Positions 25,130-38,744 of a stretch of DNA of 64,000 nt are shown one piece after another. This DNA comes from Mobula hypostoma (taxonomy: Eukaryota), in assembly GCF_963921235.1 (NCBI RefSeq), contig NC_086097.1, forward strand, positions 202,556,001 through 202,620,000, read 5' to 3'. How positions within the stretch are numbered: the stretch's first letter is position 1; every line of letters starts with the position of its first letter. Position numbers and translations under genes: made by a program. Below the pieces are notes generated by a model. It saw only the letters and a list, made by a program, of their open reading frames with translations, ran no database searches and was not told the DNA's origin.

Positions 25130-26595
25130 TTAAGTTATGAGTGCATTTCCCCTTTAAGAAAGCGGAAGTCGTGCCAAACTACAATTAAGATTGAACTGCC
25201 GAGGCCTTAGATCCCCACTGCTGACCATGCTGCTGGCAAATGTACATTCTCTAGAAAATAAAATTGAAGACTTCAGTGCAAGATTGTTATACTAGAGTGA
25301 CATCAGGAACGGCTGCGTATGTTGCTTCATGGAAGCATGGCTGTCCCCTGCCATTTCAGGTGCAGTGCTGCAGCCCAGTGACTTCACCATTCTCTGCAAA
25401 ATCAGGACAGCTCTGTCTTTTAAACATAGAGGAGGTGGCGTATGCTTTATGATTAATTAATCATGGTGCACAGATGTGGCAGGTTCTGTTTCCATCTTGC
25501 TCACCTGACCTAGTACATATTGTGGTAAAATGTCATCTTTTTTTATCTGCTGAGGGAGTTTTCCACCATCATCCTGGTACATTCCACCTCAGGCTACTGG
25601 CTCTCCACTCGGCCTAGGATCACTTGGACAAGAGTAATATCTACATCAGGCTGCTGTTTATTGATTATAGCTCAGCCTTCAACACAATCATGCCCTCAGT
25701 TCTAATCAACAAGCTCCAAAACCTGGGCCTCTGTACCTACCTCTGGAACTGGATCCTTGACCTCCTTATCGAGAGACCACAGTCTGTGTGGATCGGAAAG
25801 AACATCTCCTTGCTGACAGTCAACACTGGGGCACCTCAAGGTTGTATGCGTAGCCCACTTTCGACTTTCTCTACACTCAAGGCTATGGTTAGGTATAGTT
25901 CAAGCATCATCTATAAATTTGCCGATGACAATTGTTGGCAGAATTTCAGATGGTGACAAGAAGGTGTATCGGAGTGAGATAGATCAGCTGGTTGGGTGGT
26001 GTCACAACAACAACCCTGCATTCAACATTATTAAGACCAAGGAATTGATTGTGGACTTCAGAAAGAGGAAACCGAGGGAACATGTGCCAGTCCTCACTGA
26101 GAGATCAGCAGTGGAAAGGATGAGCAGTATAAAGTTCCTGGCTGTCAACCTTTACGATCTATCCTGGGCCTGACAGATTGATGCAATTACAAAGAAGGAA
26201 CAACAGTGACTATATTACATCAGGAATTTGAGGAGACTTGGTACATCACCAAACTCTTGCAAATTTGTACAGAGGTACCATGGAGAGCATTCTAACTGGC
26301 TGCATCACTGCATGATATGGAGGATCCATTGCATAGGATCGGAAAAAGCTGCAGAAGGTTGTAAACTCAGCCAGTTCCATCATAGGCAGTAGCCTCCCCA
26401 GCATTGAAGACTCCTTCAAAAGGCCCCTCTGCCATTAGATTTCTTAATGGACAATGAATCCATGAACACCACTGCACTATTTTTCCCTCTATTTTTGCAC
26501 TAATTTGATTTTTTAATACACACTTTAATTTAGTGTTTTTTGTACACATTTCACAACAAATGCCAGTGGTATTAAACCTGATTCTGATTCTGAAA
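25130..26595 (+). mobile_element. Rex1/Babar-type LINE, degenerate
   Basis: [28 protein letters not shown] and KTKELIVDFRK motifs; tail aaacctgattctgattctga. Confidence 0.85.
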
Positions 26596-27029
26596 TTTGC
26601 AACATTCTGCCAGTGATGTGTTTATATGATATTTTTCATTTGGGTAGACATATCAAGGCATTTGACAGAACTATTATCAGTTACAGAATTTCACCAAGCC
26701 AAAGGATATGAGGATTAATGCTGAAAGTGTGTTTAAAGGAGGACTGTAAAGGAAATAGCAGTAGAAAATTAAGAAAATGCTGGAGTTTAAAGACAACTTA
26801 TTAGGAGACATGAAAACTAAAGATGAGGTGAAAAGAATGAGGGGTGCTACAAGAGTAGGGTTAGAGCAAGTGCTATTTTTTTGTAGGATTTTAAGGTTGG
26901 AGGAGGTTATATGTGGGGAGGGATGAGGCTGTGAAGGGAATAGAATGAGAAGATGGGAATTTTAAGTTCAAATCATTCATCAAACAAGAATCTGTGTAAT
27001 GAGCACATAGATAATGGCTAACAATCTTG

Positions 27030-27515
27030 AGTCAGGATACTCGGAATCTGGTTTATTAATATCTCTTATATTGTGAAGTTTTGTTTTTATGACAGCAGTA
27101 CAGTTCAAGACGTAAAAATTACTCGTATTAATTACAATAAATCATGCAAAAGAACAATAGTGAGGTGATATTCATAGGTTCATGGATTGTTGATAAATCT
27201 GATGGCAAAGGAAAGGAGCTGTTCCTAAATCATGTGTGTCTTCAGGCTCCTGTTCCACCTCCTTGATGATAGTAATGCCATGAGAGCATTTCCTGAAAAG
27301 TGAGGGTCCTAAGTGATGGATGCTGTTTTCTTGAGGCACTACCTCTTGATGTTCTCAAGGTGGGGAGGGTTGTCATGATGGAGCTGTCTGAGTCCATAAC
27401 CCTCTGCAGCCTCTTTTAATCCTGTGTGTTAGAGCCTCCGTACCAAACGATGATTCAACCAGTCAGAATGCTCTTTACTGCAATATGCGGAAATTTGCGA
27501 GAATGTTTGGAGGCA
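27030..27515 (-). mobile_element. Rex1/Babar 3' fragment
   Basis: Resembles 52323-52880 in the same orientation. Confidence 0.7.
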
Positions 27516-27990
27516 TTTCAGAGGAGGTTCACCAAGTTGGTTCCAGCAATGAAGTGGTTAGCTAGCCTATGAGGAGAGATAGAGTTGCCCGGGAGTATGC
27601 TTGCTGAAAATGATAAGGATGGAAGGAGCAGAAAGTTATGAAAGGGTTTGATAAGATGGAGGCAGCAAAGTTCTTTCCAATGGTGAATGAAACTGGAATG
27701 AGGGATCATACCTCAAGATTTGGGAGAATAGATTTTTGGACAGAGTTGAAGAAAACCCTGCTTTTTCTAGAGAGTAATGACTGGGATGATTTGACCAGGG
27801 AAGTAGTAGAGGCAACTTCATTAAATACATTTAAGATACAGTTCAATCTATTTTTTGTACAGCAGGGGAATAAATGGTTATGTGGAAAAGACAAGTAGCT
27901 GAGTCCACATCGGCCATGATCTTACTGAATGGTGGAACAGACTTGATGGGCCAGCTGGCCTACTCTTGCTCCTATTTCCCCTGTTCTTGG
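27516..27990 (+). mobile_element. CR1 LINE 3' end
   Basis: cagaggaggttcaccaagttg...ggcctactcttgctcctattt, matching 63400-63880. Confidence 0.8.
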
Positions 27991-27999
27991 ACCCAATCC

Positions 28000-28510
28000 C
28001 CTCAAACTCCAAATAAAGTATAACTGCTGCCATGCCTTCTTCCTGATTGCATCAGTGTGTTGGGTTCAGCATAAATCATCTGAGATGCTGATGCCAAGAA
28101 CATGAAGCTTCTGACACTTTCCACTTCTAAGCTCTCAAAGAAAACTGGCATATTTCCTATCAACTTCCCCATTCTGAAGTCCACAGTCAATTCCTTGGGC
28201 TTGCTGTCTTTAAGTGAAAAGTTGTTGTTGCGACACCATGCAGCCAGCTGATCCATCTCACTCCTGTACATCTCCCTTGTTGTCACCTGAAATTCTGCCA
28301 AAAGCAGAGCTGTCATCGGTGAATTTATAGATCATGTTTGAGTTGTGCCTAGCCACACAGTCATTAGTGTAGAGAGAGCATGGGCTAAGCACGCATCCTT
28401 GAGTTGCACCAGTGTTGATTGTCACTAAGAAAGAGATGTTATTACTGACCTGCACTGACTGTGGCCAAGTATTCAATTGCAGAGGGAGGTAAAGAGGCCC
28501 AGGTTTTGAA
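28000..28510 (-). mobile_element. Rex1/Babar RT fragment
   Basis: INTGATQGCVLSP, YTNDCVARH and YKFTDD motifs. Confidence 0.8.
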
Positions 28511-29637
28511 GCTGTTAGGCCAGTAGCAGCAGACAGTTGAATAACAAATTTATGGAGAGGACAAGATGGAAGCCAGCCAGGAGACACTCGGGCAAAGACA
28601 GTTTATGTTGCAGTGGTCTTGGTCACTGCGATCAAATCAAATTGTTATCATTCCCACAAAGTCATGGGGCAGCTGTATTTTACAGTAACTTGTGTATAAT
28701 CAGAACAAACATAAGGAGCTTGTATTACCAGAAAATAATTTGTATCTTATTAAGTATTAAGGGGAAAATAAGAATTGCGTGGTACTGATGTGGACATTGG
28801 ACTTGATTCATCTAAAATGGTTTGCAAAGTAATTTAAATCTTGTATAAATTATTCAAGAATTGGTTTATTTGCAAATTTTGGACAGTCTACTTCAAAAAT
28901 CGATATTGATGTGAAAATGAAGTTGGGTAGCAATCTACAAAATATGGTGACATTCGCTCAATAGTAGAATGATGGAACTAACTTTTATTGGCGGGATAGG
29001 GATTGAGAATTTGACGGCAAATGTTTATTGTTACATCACTGGTAACTGGGTTATATGAAAAAGAAAATTCTTATTTTAGAGTGGCCTAAAGTACCAGGAT
29101 GGACAGCAGATGATAATCAAGAACATCATGTTAAAAAAGTTCCTTGGTAGAAATGAAGTTTTACCCAGGAGATGGAGTCATGTTTCCATATCCCTCATTT
29201 AGCCACATCAGATGCTTCTTTCCCAAACTTCATGAAGAACCATATTTGTCAATAATCAATATTCAGTTCTGACTGAAATTGATTTCATGCACGTAGGATT
29301 TGGTATTGATTACTAGAATTTAAGTTTTATGATGAATACACAAGAATTTGTATTAGCCTATTCACATTCTCCTAATACTCGTAAATCAAAGAGCCAAACA
29401 TTGTTATTTAAATTATAAACTCCAGTTAAAGTTCTTTAAAAATATATTCATTGTTCCATTTTCATTTTGTTAACCTCCATGGATTGTATTAAACAAACCG
29501 TATAGTTATTTTAGCTATATTGAATTTACAATGTAACCTCCCTTTGATTTTCACAAGTTGCAGAATAAGATGTTCTGTGAGAAAATGTGCTCTGTTTCTT
29601 GTCACCGTGGAAATTCAAGCTGGAACTTGAAATAATA

Positions 29638-31211
29638 CAGGTTTCCCCCGCCATCCGAAGGTAGAGCGTTCCTATGAAACGGTTCGTATGCCGGAATGTT
29701 GTAAAGCGAAGAAGCAATTACCATTTATTTATATGGGAAAAATTTGTAAGCATTCGCAGACCTACCAAATCATGCCAAATAACACAAAACCTAAAATAAC
29801 AGTAACATATAGTAAAAGCAGGAATGATATGATAAATACACAGCCTATATAAAGCAGAATTACTTCTCTACAATCATTGCCTGCACTGTTCTCCGTAGCG
29901 ATCTCACGCAAGCGGTCTCGGCAGAAACACTCTTTCCAGTAAGCTTTAAGCTATGAAGCTGCCAAATCATACCAAATAACGCATAAAAATACACAGCCTA
30001 TATAAAGTAGAAATAATGTATGTACAGTGTAGTATCACTTACCGGAATTGGGAAGACAGCGCTGAGCACACTGATGATGGTGTGTTAGGCTGAGTCGTTG
30101 GAGGTTGGAGTGGTACAGTGGTCCCTAACCTCTGGGCAGCGAACCGATACTGATCCGCGGAGAATGCAGCGGTAGCTGGGACGCACCCAGCACATCTTTA
30201 AGAGGAAAAGCTGAAATAAGGGTCTCGGCCTGAAACATCGACTGCACCTCTTCCTATAGATGCTGCTTGGCCTGCTGTGTTCACCAGCAACTTTGATGTA
30301 TGTTGCGTTAATTAATTAGGTGCTGCCCGGCATGTAAATGTCGGCCCAGATCAGAGGCGACACCCAGCTACCACTGCATTCTCCGCGGCAATGTATCGGT
30401 CAGTGGCCGGGGGTTGGGGTAGTGGGACACTGGGGTGTCACCTCATCGTTGTCTGTTTCCATCACGGCAGGCAGATCATCTTCTTCTATGTCTGCCTGCC
30501 TCGATGTCGAAGGTCGAGGTTCGTCGTCTGCTGTGGCTGATGTGGAAGGCTTGAAAAACGACAGTATGTTTGCTGCATGCATTTTTCTCTTGTACAATTC
30601 TTTATAAGTACTCAAACCATCTTGCAAATATGCCCTAAACCGACGTACTCTTTCAAAATTAAAGTTGTACTTTATCTTTGCAGCGAAAATCTCATGCAGT
30701 TGCTTCATGTTCAGTTGCTGGACGACTTCGCTTTTGGTCCGTTCGCTACTGCATTCGGATTCGATTGTTATCCTTTACTCTTCCAATTGCATCAGTTCTT
30801 CATCTATCAGTTCTTGGTCATGGGATGCCAAAACCTCTTCAGCATCGTCGTCATCAATTTCCACAAGCCAAACTCACTTTGTCCTTACTTCGTTCACCAC
30901 GATCAAAACGCTTAATTATGTCTAGTTTTACGCCAAGTGTAACACCCTTACGAGCTCTTTTAGACTCTTCCGATACCTTAGAACTCATCTTGCTAATGGC
31001 TGCTCACAGGCATGTGTTTAAGCAATGCTGGCTAGAATGCAGTTCCGAATCCAGGGGAGGAGTGGCTGCTCAGGGCGCGCGCTGCTTTTTTTCGTGCGCT
31101 GCCTTTTTTCGTAACAGTGAGAACACCTTCTGTTAGTGAAAACCGGTAACTAATGTAGGTCTTTCGTAACAGGTTTTGTAAAGCGAATCTTCGAAAAGTG
31201 GGGGACACCTG
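29638..31211 (-). mobile_element. Tigger/pogo-type DNA transposon, internal-deletion derivative
   Basis: TA flanks at 29636-37 and 31212-13. TIRs caggtttcccccgc / gtgggggacacctg. Minus strand from ATG 30988 reads MSSKVSEESKRARKGVTLGVKLDIIKRFDRGE (CENP-B-type N-terminal HTH), joined to acidic C-terminal remnant DDDDAEEVLASHDQELIDEELMQLEE. Confidence 0.8.
30218..30306 (+). mobile_element. Short Penelope 3' fragment nested in the Tigger-like element
   Basis: aagggtctcggcctgaaacatcgactgcacctcttcctatagatgctg... is nearly identical to 45643-45731. Confidence 0.85.
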
Positions 31212-31360
31212 TAATTAAAGGGGTCTTTCCAGAGAGGATTCTGAATGCCTTTCATATGGATGAATGCATTTTTGTATTAAATGAAACAGATTTTTTTGGG
31301 GTGAGGCAAATGGCCTGACTGCTTAACTTGTAATTAAAATGTATTTGGACGCAGGGAAGG

Positions 31361-31458
31361 AACACACACACAAAATGCTGGAGAAACTCAGCAGGCCAGG
31401 CACCATCTACAGAAAAGAGCATAGTCGATGTTTTGAGCAGAGACCCTTCATCTGGACT
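31361..31458 (-). mobile_element. Penelope 3' fragment with degenerate hammerhead
   Basis: Reverse complement reads agtccagatgaagggtctctgctcaaaacatcgact. Confidence 0.7.
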
Positions 31459-33506
31459 TCTTTCGAAGTAGAAATTTTGATGATTATTGGAGGTTAATCA
31501 GCAAAACTTTAAAGGAACATTCTATAATGTCAGATTAATTTGATTGAAATGTTTGAGGTGGTGACAGGGAATGGATCCGCATAATGCTGATAACCCTATC
31601 TGTTTGTTATATATGCTAATGATCTAGATGTGATTATAGGAGGTGTAATTAGTAAGTTCATGACTGACACAAAGATTGGTGGTAATGATTGTGAGGGGAG
31701 TACTTTCTGAATACAGAATGATATTGATCAATTGGTAAAATAGGCAGAAAAATAGCTTGTGATATTTAATTCTGAACAACGTCAGGTGATGCATTTTGGA
31801 ATGACCTGTAAAGCTTGGGATAAAGACAATGGATCTTGGGAAGTACAGAATGACTTTGAGAATGCACATTGAAGGACTCCTGGAAGCAGCACAACAGGAT
31901 AAGATAGCCTTGAAGTTATACGAGTTACTTGTCTTTATTGTCACTGGCATAAAGTATAAGAACAAGATTGAGGTACCAGTATTAAAAAATGTTGAACAAC
32001 CCCCATCTGGAGTACCGTGTACAATTCTGGTTGCATTGCAGTCTAGGAAGGATGGCAGGATATATAGTAGGTGCTATTTAGGTCATCATGGTGATGACAA
32101 GTACAAGTATGTTGACTTAAAAGTAGAGCCTGGATAGATTGTGTTCCCTTTGTTTGTACTGGAGTAGGCTGAGGGGGACTTGACTGGTATGTACAAAACA
32201 GAGAGAACTGATTAGGACAATAATTTAGGTAAGGGGAAGAAATTTTTGGAATAAGTTTTTCACCCAGAGGGTATCTGAAATTTGGGATTTGCCTGTATGT
32301 GTCCCCATGGAAAGATTGGTTGCTCATTCCCACTTGCCTCCTTTTAAACTGGGAATTAATAGTTTTGGATTTGTTTTTAAAACAACTTTTTTCAAGCTTG
32401 TAATCTTTCCTCTGGGCATTCCTTGAGTTGGTTTTCTAATGATGACCAACATCACTGGAAGTGATGATATTGAATATCAAAGCAAGCTCAGAAGGTCTGA
32501 GTAAGCTACTCCGGTGATTTTTTTTTAGTACTATTGCTCCCACTTCAAGTATCAAAATTAGCTCTTGGCCAAGGAGTTATTAATTCCATTAAAAATTAAT
32601 GCTGAGTAAAACTCTTTGTAATCAGATTTCATGCCCGTGACATTAACCCCTATAACAAACCCATATCCACCTATGCACTTGCCAGCTTTTGCTCCACCCC
32701 TTCCATTCACCTGTTTATGCTAGCTGTCTCTCATTCTTTCCAGCCAAAGTGAAGAGTCTCAGCCAAAAAACATCGAATGCTCATTTCTCGGCTGCCTGAC
32801 CTGCTGAAATCCTGCAGGGTGTTGCTACAAAAGCAAGATGCACCAGTTGTTGGAGATCTAAAATAAAAATACAGGTGTAATGGGCTTATCTGAAACTGAT
32901 GATTTGAGTTTCCTTCAGTAAGTTAATCTGCCCAGTTTGAATGCGGAATTGGTGTTCTTCAATCTCTGATTTACTTTGGAAAAATGAAAGAGGTTGACAA
33001 CAAAAGTAGTTGGAATGGGATGTGAAACTCAAGTTAAAGACACTTGAAGTTTTGAGTAGCATTCACACAGTGAAAGGAATTGATCATAGAATTGCATGTT
33101 TTTGTGCAAAATACTGCTGAAATTGTCTACTGTTCAATATTTGATTTTGGGTATTTTGAAGTTGTATTCATATTCATTGGTGAAAAAGTAATGAATTGGT
33201 AATGATGCTCTTGTAAGGATATTTAATGGATTTAATCAAACTTTATTTCCTGTTTTAAAATTGGTTTGTTGCTTTTGAAAATGTAACATTAATAAAATTT
33301 TGTTTTTAACTAGGTGTTTTTTTTTGTAAAAATTCTATTCATTGCTTCTTCATCATTGGTGTTACAGTAAAATATTGGTGTAGTAGTGGCAAACTATCTC
33401 ATTTTCCAATTAGTGTTGCACCTTGACAATGAAGGCAAAGTAAATATTTTGAATACTGATAACAGACCAAATATGTTTTAAAATTTATTTTGTTTTTATT
33501 TTCCAG

Positions 33507-33634
33507 CTGGGGAATGGCTGTTAATGTTTATTCAACATCAGTAACCAGTGAGAATATGAGCCGGCATGACATCATGGCCTGGATTAATGATACTGTGTGT
33601 TTAAACTATACAAAGATTGAGCAGCTTTGTTCAG
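33507..33634 (+). CDS. MAPRE2: MAPRE2 coding exon 2 (start of the CH domain)
   Basis: ttttccag|C TGG GGA ATG... gives (S)[42 protein letters not shown]. 128 nt, donor G|gtaaga. Internal ATG at 33514 corresponds to the EB1/EB3 start. Confidence 0.96.
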
Positions 33635-34109
33635 GTAAGAATGCTTAGAGTTGACTTAAAACAAAATTATTTTGTTTCAGATAGTATTGGCAGAAAACTT
33701 CACTTGTAAGGGCAGTTAAGTATGGATTGTAACATGTATTTTATAGATGACATTCCCTTTTGTATTATCATGTGTCCATGAATTCCTCCAGAACTACTGA
33801 GACTCGTACCAAAGTGCTGGATGTTTGAAGTAGAAGGTTATACTCTTGAATATTGTTTGTAAGCTTGATGCTCTTGTTTTGATATATGTTCACCTCAAAT
33901 TGTGTATTGGTATGTACAACAATAAAAGCACAAAATTCAAGAACCTGATAGACTGATGTTTGGTTTCACACTTACTGCCAGGAGAGGAATTTGAATTCCA
34001 TCTGTTCTTCAGAATTTTCAACTCCTTCAGGGACAAAATGAACAAGCTTATTGTAGTCGTTGGAAATTATCCATCCACACTGGAGCTGTTAAGAGGCATT
34101 CAGATAAGG

Positions 34110-35573
34110 CAGGGGTCCCCAACCTTCTTTGCACCGTGGACCGGTTTCATATTGACAATATTCTTGCGGACCAGCTGACCCGGGAGGGCGGTGGGGGGGG
34201 CGGTGGGTGGTGTTAATCACGACCGGAATATAGGTGATAAGTCAATAGCATCATAACATTTTAAGTAACATTTGGATATTAAACACACAGCGCATATTTT
34301 CCCCATATGAACATATAAAATCATTGCAACACACCAATATCGCTGAATCAGTGCAAGCCCTGGGCTTGTTTTCCTGCAACAAGACGGTCCCATCGAGAGG
34401 TGAGGGGAGACAGCGATACTCAAAGGGGGTTCCTTATGTCCATTTGGGGGGGTAGGGTTGCCAATGGACAAGAGTAGCAGTCAAATACGTTGAGTTTACC
34501 CCAAGGAAGACTACAATGACCATGAAGCCTTGCGCGGGCACCAGTGCGCATGCGTATCTTGTGCATCCGTGTATGTGCCGATTTTTTTTTTCTCTACAAA
34601 TGGTTTTTGGCGATTCTGTTCGGCGGGGATGGGGGGGTGTTAATCACGACCGGAATATAGGTGATAAGTGGCTAATACACTCAGTTTCGTTTCTAAAAGG
34701 CTTTATCTGACGAATTTAATATTAAACACACAGCGCATATTTTCCTCACATGAATATAGCGGTAAGTCAATTATCAGGGGAGGTTAGGGGAGCTTGAAGT
34801 AAGTGTTGAACAAACTTCCAGTAGAACTGGTAGAGGCAGGTTTGATATTATCATTTAAAGTAAAATTGAATGGGTATATGGACAGGAAAGGAATGGAGGG
34901 TTATGGGCTGAGTGCAGGTCGGTGGGACTAGGTGAGAGTAGCGTTCGGCACGGACTAGAAGGGCAGAGATGGCCTGTTTCCGTGCTGTAATTGTTATATG
35001 GTTATATAAGTCAATAGCATCATAACATTTTCAGTAACGTTTGGATTTTAAACACACAGCACATATTTTCCGCGTATAAACATATAAAATCACTGCAACA
35101 CACCAATATCGCTGAATCAGTGGGAGCCCTGGGCTTGTTTCCCTGCAACGAGACGGTGCCATTGAGGGGTGATGAGAGACAGCGATACTCGAAGGGGGTT
35201 CCTTATGTCCAGTCTATTCTGCAATTTAGTTTTCATTGCATTCGTCGCAGAGATATGTTGGAAATGGAAGCAACTTTTTCAGTGCTTTCGTGGCTATCTC
35301 AGGATATTTAGCCTTGACTTTGATCCAGAATGCCAGCAGAGATGTTATGTCAAACATACTTTTCAGCCCACCGTCATTTGCAAGCTCGAGGAGTTGATCT
35401 CCTTCCCGCGCTGACATGGATGATGCGCAGGTAATGACCTCGTGTGCGTTCAAGCTCAACAGTGGGTGTGACAGGGAATGAGGAAAGGTGCAGCTGACTC
35501 ATATCGCCAAATCATATCGTTTCCTCGCGGCCCGGTAGCAGATGCTTTGCGGCCCGGTGGTTGGGGACCGCTG
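34110..35573 (-). mobile_element. hAT (Charlie/Buster-like) non-autonomous transposon
   Basis: Perfect 8-bp TSD agataagg (34102-34109, 35574-35581). 15-bp TIRs caggggtccccaacc / ggttggggaccgctg. Minus-strand hAT dimerisation-domain remnant FWIKVKAKYPEIATKALKKLLPFPTYLC. Confidence 0.93.
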
Positions 35574-36194
35574 AGATAAGGCAACGGGTTGATCATTTTG
35601 GAAAAAAACATTTAGCTCTTCATCATGTAAGGTTTGCAAGTGTAGCATAAAAATGGCGCAATAGATTTGTCAAGAAATGTGTAATTATTATATATTTTGC
35701 TAGGGATTGAATAATGCTGAAAATAAAATCATGGCATAGATTGTGTGCTGAATTACTGATATATTAAAATTCTAATTGTTAAGAACAATTGAATAGTTTG
35801 TGTACCTGAAGCATGCTTCTAAAATTCTGATCTAGATCCACAGGACAAAGGCACACAAACATGGACACTATTTGCCATGAACTGTGATGTCGTACAGTTA
35901 AGTGCTATTATTGATGTGGTAGGGTAATGTAATGGGTGACAGATGACACATATTGTTTATTATAGAAACAGTTCTACATAATTCAAATACACAGTCACTG
36001 AGTTCTGCCCACTTTAGGAGATGGTGTCTGACATAATGACATCAGTGTAAGGTGGCTGTTTTTGATTTGTTCGTAATGGAAGCAAGGGCTGCGCCTTTCA
36101 TTAAGCACGTAAAGTGCATGTTTTATTCACAAATTCTGGCAATATAATTTCCTCATTGTATATCCAGAAATTCTGGAGATTAGGGTGTTAATTT

Positions 36195-37450
36195 TGAGTT
36201 CAAAGTAAATTTATTATCAAAGTGCGTATATGCAACCCTGAGATTCATTTTATTTTGGGTATATTCAATAAATCCATAATAGAATAATAACCATAACAGA
36301 ATCAATGAAAGACTGCATCAACTTGGGTGTTAAACCCAGTGTGCAAAAGACAAACTGCAAATACAGAAAGAAAGAATAATACTAAATAGGCAATAAATGT
36401 CGAGAAAAGGAGATGAGGAGTCCTTGAAAGTGAGTCCATCGGTTGTGGGAAGATTACAATGATAGGGCAAATGAAGTGATTACCCTTTGGTTCAAGAGCC
36501 TGATGATTGAGGGGTAATAACTGTTCCTGAAACTGGTGGTGTGAGTCCTCTACTACCTGTACTCCCGTACTACCTTTGCGATATCAGCAGCAAGAAGAGA
36601 GCATGTCCTGGGTAGTGGGGGGTGTCCCTGATGATAGATGCTGCTTTCCTGTGACAGCATTTTGTTTATGAGGAGAGATCAACTTGCCTGGGACTACTCA
36701 CTGGAATTCAGGAGAATGAGAGGAGATCTTGTAGAAACATAAAATTATGGAAGATAAATAAGAAATAAAGGCAAGGATATTGCATTCACTGGTGAGAGAG
36801 TCTAGAACTTAGCCTCAAGATTCAAGGGAATAGATTTAGGACATATAAGAGTCTGGTGTTTTTTTTTCTCTCCAGAACAGTGAATCTGGAACTGAGTTAT
36901 CGCGTAGATAGATTTCAAAATTCAGAATCAAGCTTATTATCACTGACACATGTCATGAAATTTGTTTTGCAGTAGCAGTGTAGTGCACAGAAAAAATGAC
37001 TTATAATAAGAAATATTTTTAAAAATGAAAAAAAGCAAAATGGTGAAGTCCTTTCATGGATCTTTCATATAGCTGATGGTGGAGAAGAGGCTGTTCCAAA
37101 AACAGTAAGTGTGCTTCTTCAGGCCTCTGCACCCTCTCCCTGATGGTAGTAATGAGAAGAGGGCACGCCTGAAATGGTGTGGGTCCTTAATGATCGATGA
37201 CATCTTGAGGTGTCATCTTTTAAAATGTACTCAATGATAGGGATGTTTGTGCCCATGATGGAGTTGGTTGTTTCTACGACCATCTGCACCTTCTTCAATC
37301 TTGTGCATTGTAGCCTTCATATCCAAGCAATGATGCAGCCAGAATGCACTCCACTGTACACGTGTAGAAATTGGCTAGCATCTTTGACATATGAAATTCC
37401 CTCAAACTCCTAATGAAATATAGCATGACTTCTTTGTGATTGCAATTTCC
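36195..37450. mobile_element. Cluster of Rex1-type 3' ends (minus) and a CR1 3' fragment (plus)
   Basis: gttcaaagtaaatttattatcaaagt tail shared with 46855, ttcagaatcaagc tail, and CR1 segment at about 36670-36890. Confidence 0.6.
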
Positions 37451-38744
37451 TTCTGCCTTAATTGCAAAGGATATTTCATGATCTCATCATGCATCTCCCC
37501 CACTCTCCCCATTTCCATCTGAAGTACTGTTGTGCACTTTCTACGTTCATCAAAGGACTGGCTTGATTGTAGTTGCCTATACTTGTTGTGTGCTAATTTT
37601 TTTTCCCACAAAACTTCAATAATCTTGGTCATAAAGATTATTTAATCTTGGTATCATCTTCGTTTCATCCTTGCCATCCATGCTGTCTCTGGACCCTTGC
37701 TAACTTTTTTCTTAAACAGCTCCACCTTGTCAAATATTTTACTTGTAAGCATCTAGTCCCAATCTACTTGCACCAGGTCCTTTCTAAAGGTATCCATCCC
37801 TTCTCTTCCTCCTTCTCCTCACAACCCCCAACCAACTATCAAGCCTGAATTTCTTGTCCTGAATGCTAAGCTGGCACCTTATCCTTAACTAAATCACATT
37901 TCCATGATTGCACCATAAAGTTCAAAGTACATTTTATTGAAATGTGTATACTTATACAACTTTGCAATTCATCCCCTTACAGGCAGCCATGAAACAAAGA
38001 ATCTGAATAGAACCTATTTAAAAACAAAAGAAGATTGTGAACACACCCTGTGTGCAGAGAGAGCAAAAAACAAATCATGTAAACAATAAAAGCAAGCAAC
38101 AGCTAGACAGAACCGAAGTCAAAATAAATGTACCTTGAATTCACAATGCCAGGCATCACTTCAGCTGATCTAGGCATCCAGTCTAACAGTCTAACACAGA
38201 TTCAAGCAAACCTCACAGAGCAGTGAGCTGAATCGGCCTGTCTCTTACCTTAGACTTTGACCATCTCAATCTGGCCTAGTGCTTAAATTGTCCAAATCTT
38301 GGATCATTCCTTGCACTCAAACTCTGACTTTGATACAGCCAGTTCCCGACCCTTACAGCTCAGCTCTTAAATTGATCAAACCTCGGATCTCTCCTTGGCC
38401 CTGATTGATTTACACAACCTTTACAATTCATACTTTATTCCATTTATATGTTATTGAGCACAGGTCTTGATACTGCAGTTGGCGGTGTTGAGTTTTGTAG
38501 CTTTCTTTGTATCTCAGTCATTTTGCTGCTAGCTGTCTAGTAAATTGAATTGTTCACATTGCTCTGTGATGTTGGAGACCTTGGAAGTGGCTTGAAATAG
38601 GTCACACGCATGCAACTTCTGCCTGAAGATAGCTATAAACCTCTTAACTTGAATTTGCACATACTGGGCTGAACAGTGTCCTCTTGTGTTGCAAATTTTT
38701 TGATTCTGGGGCTCAATTATTGAGGAAAGGCAGATGCATAACGT

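Noticed and set aside
34210..35210. CRISPR-like or satellite array
   Set aside because: Only two to three irregular duplications inside a hAT element, in a eukaryotic context with no spacer periodicity.
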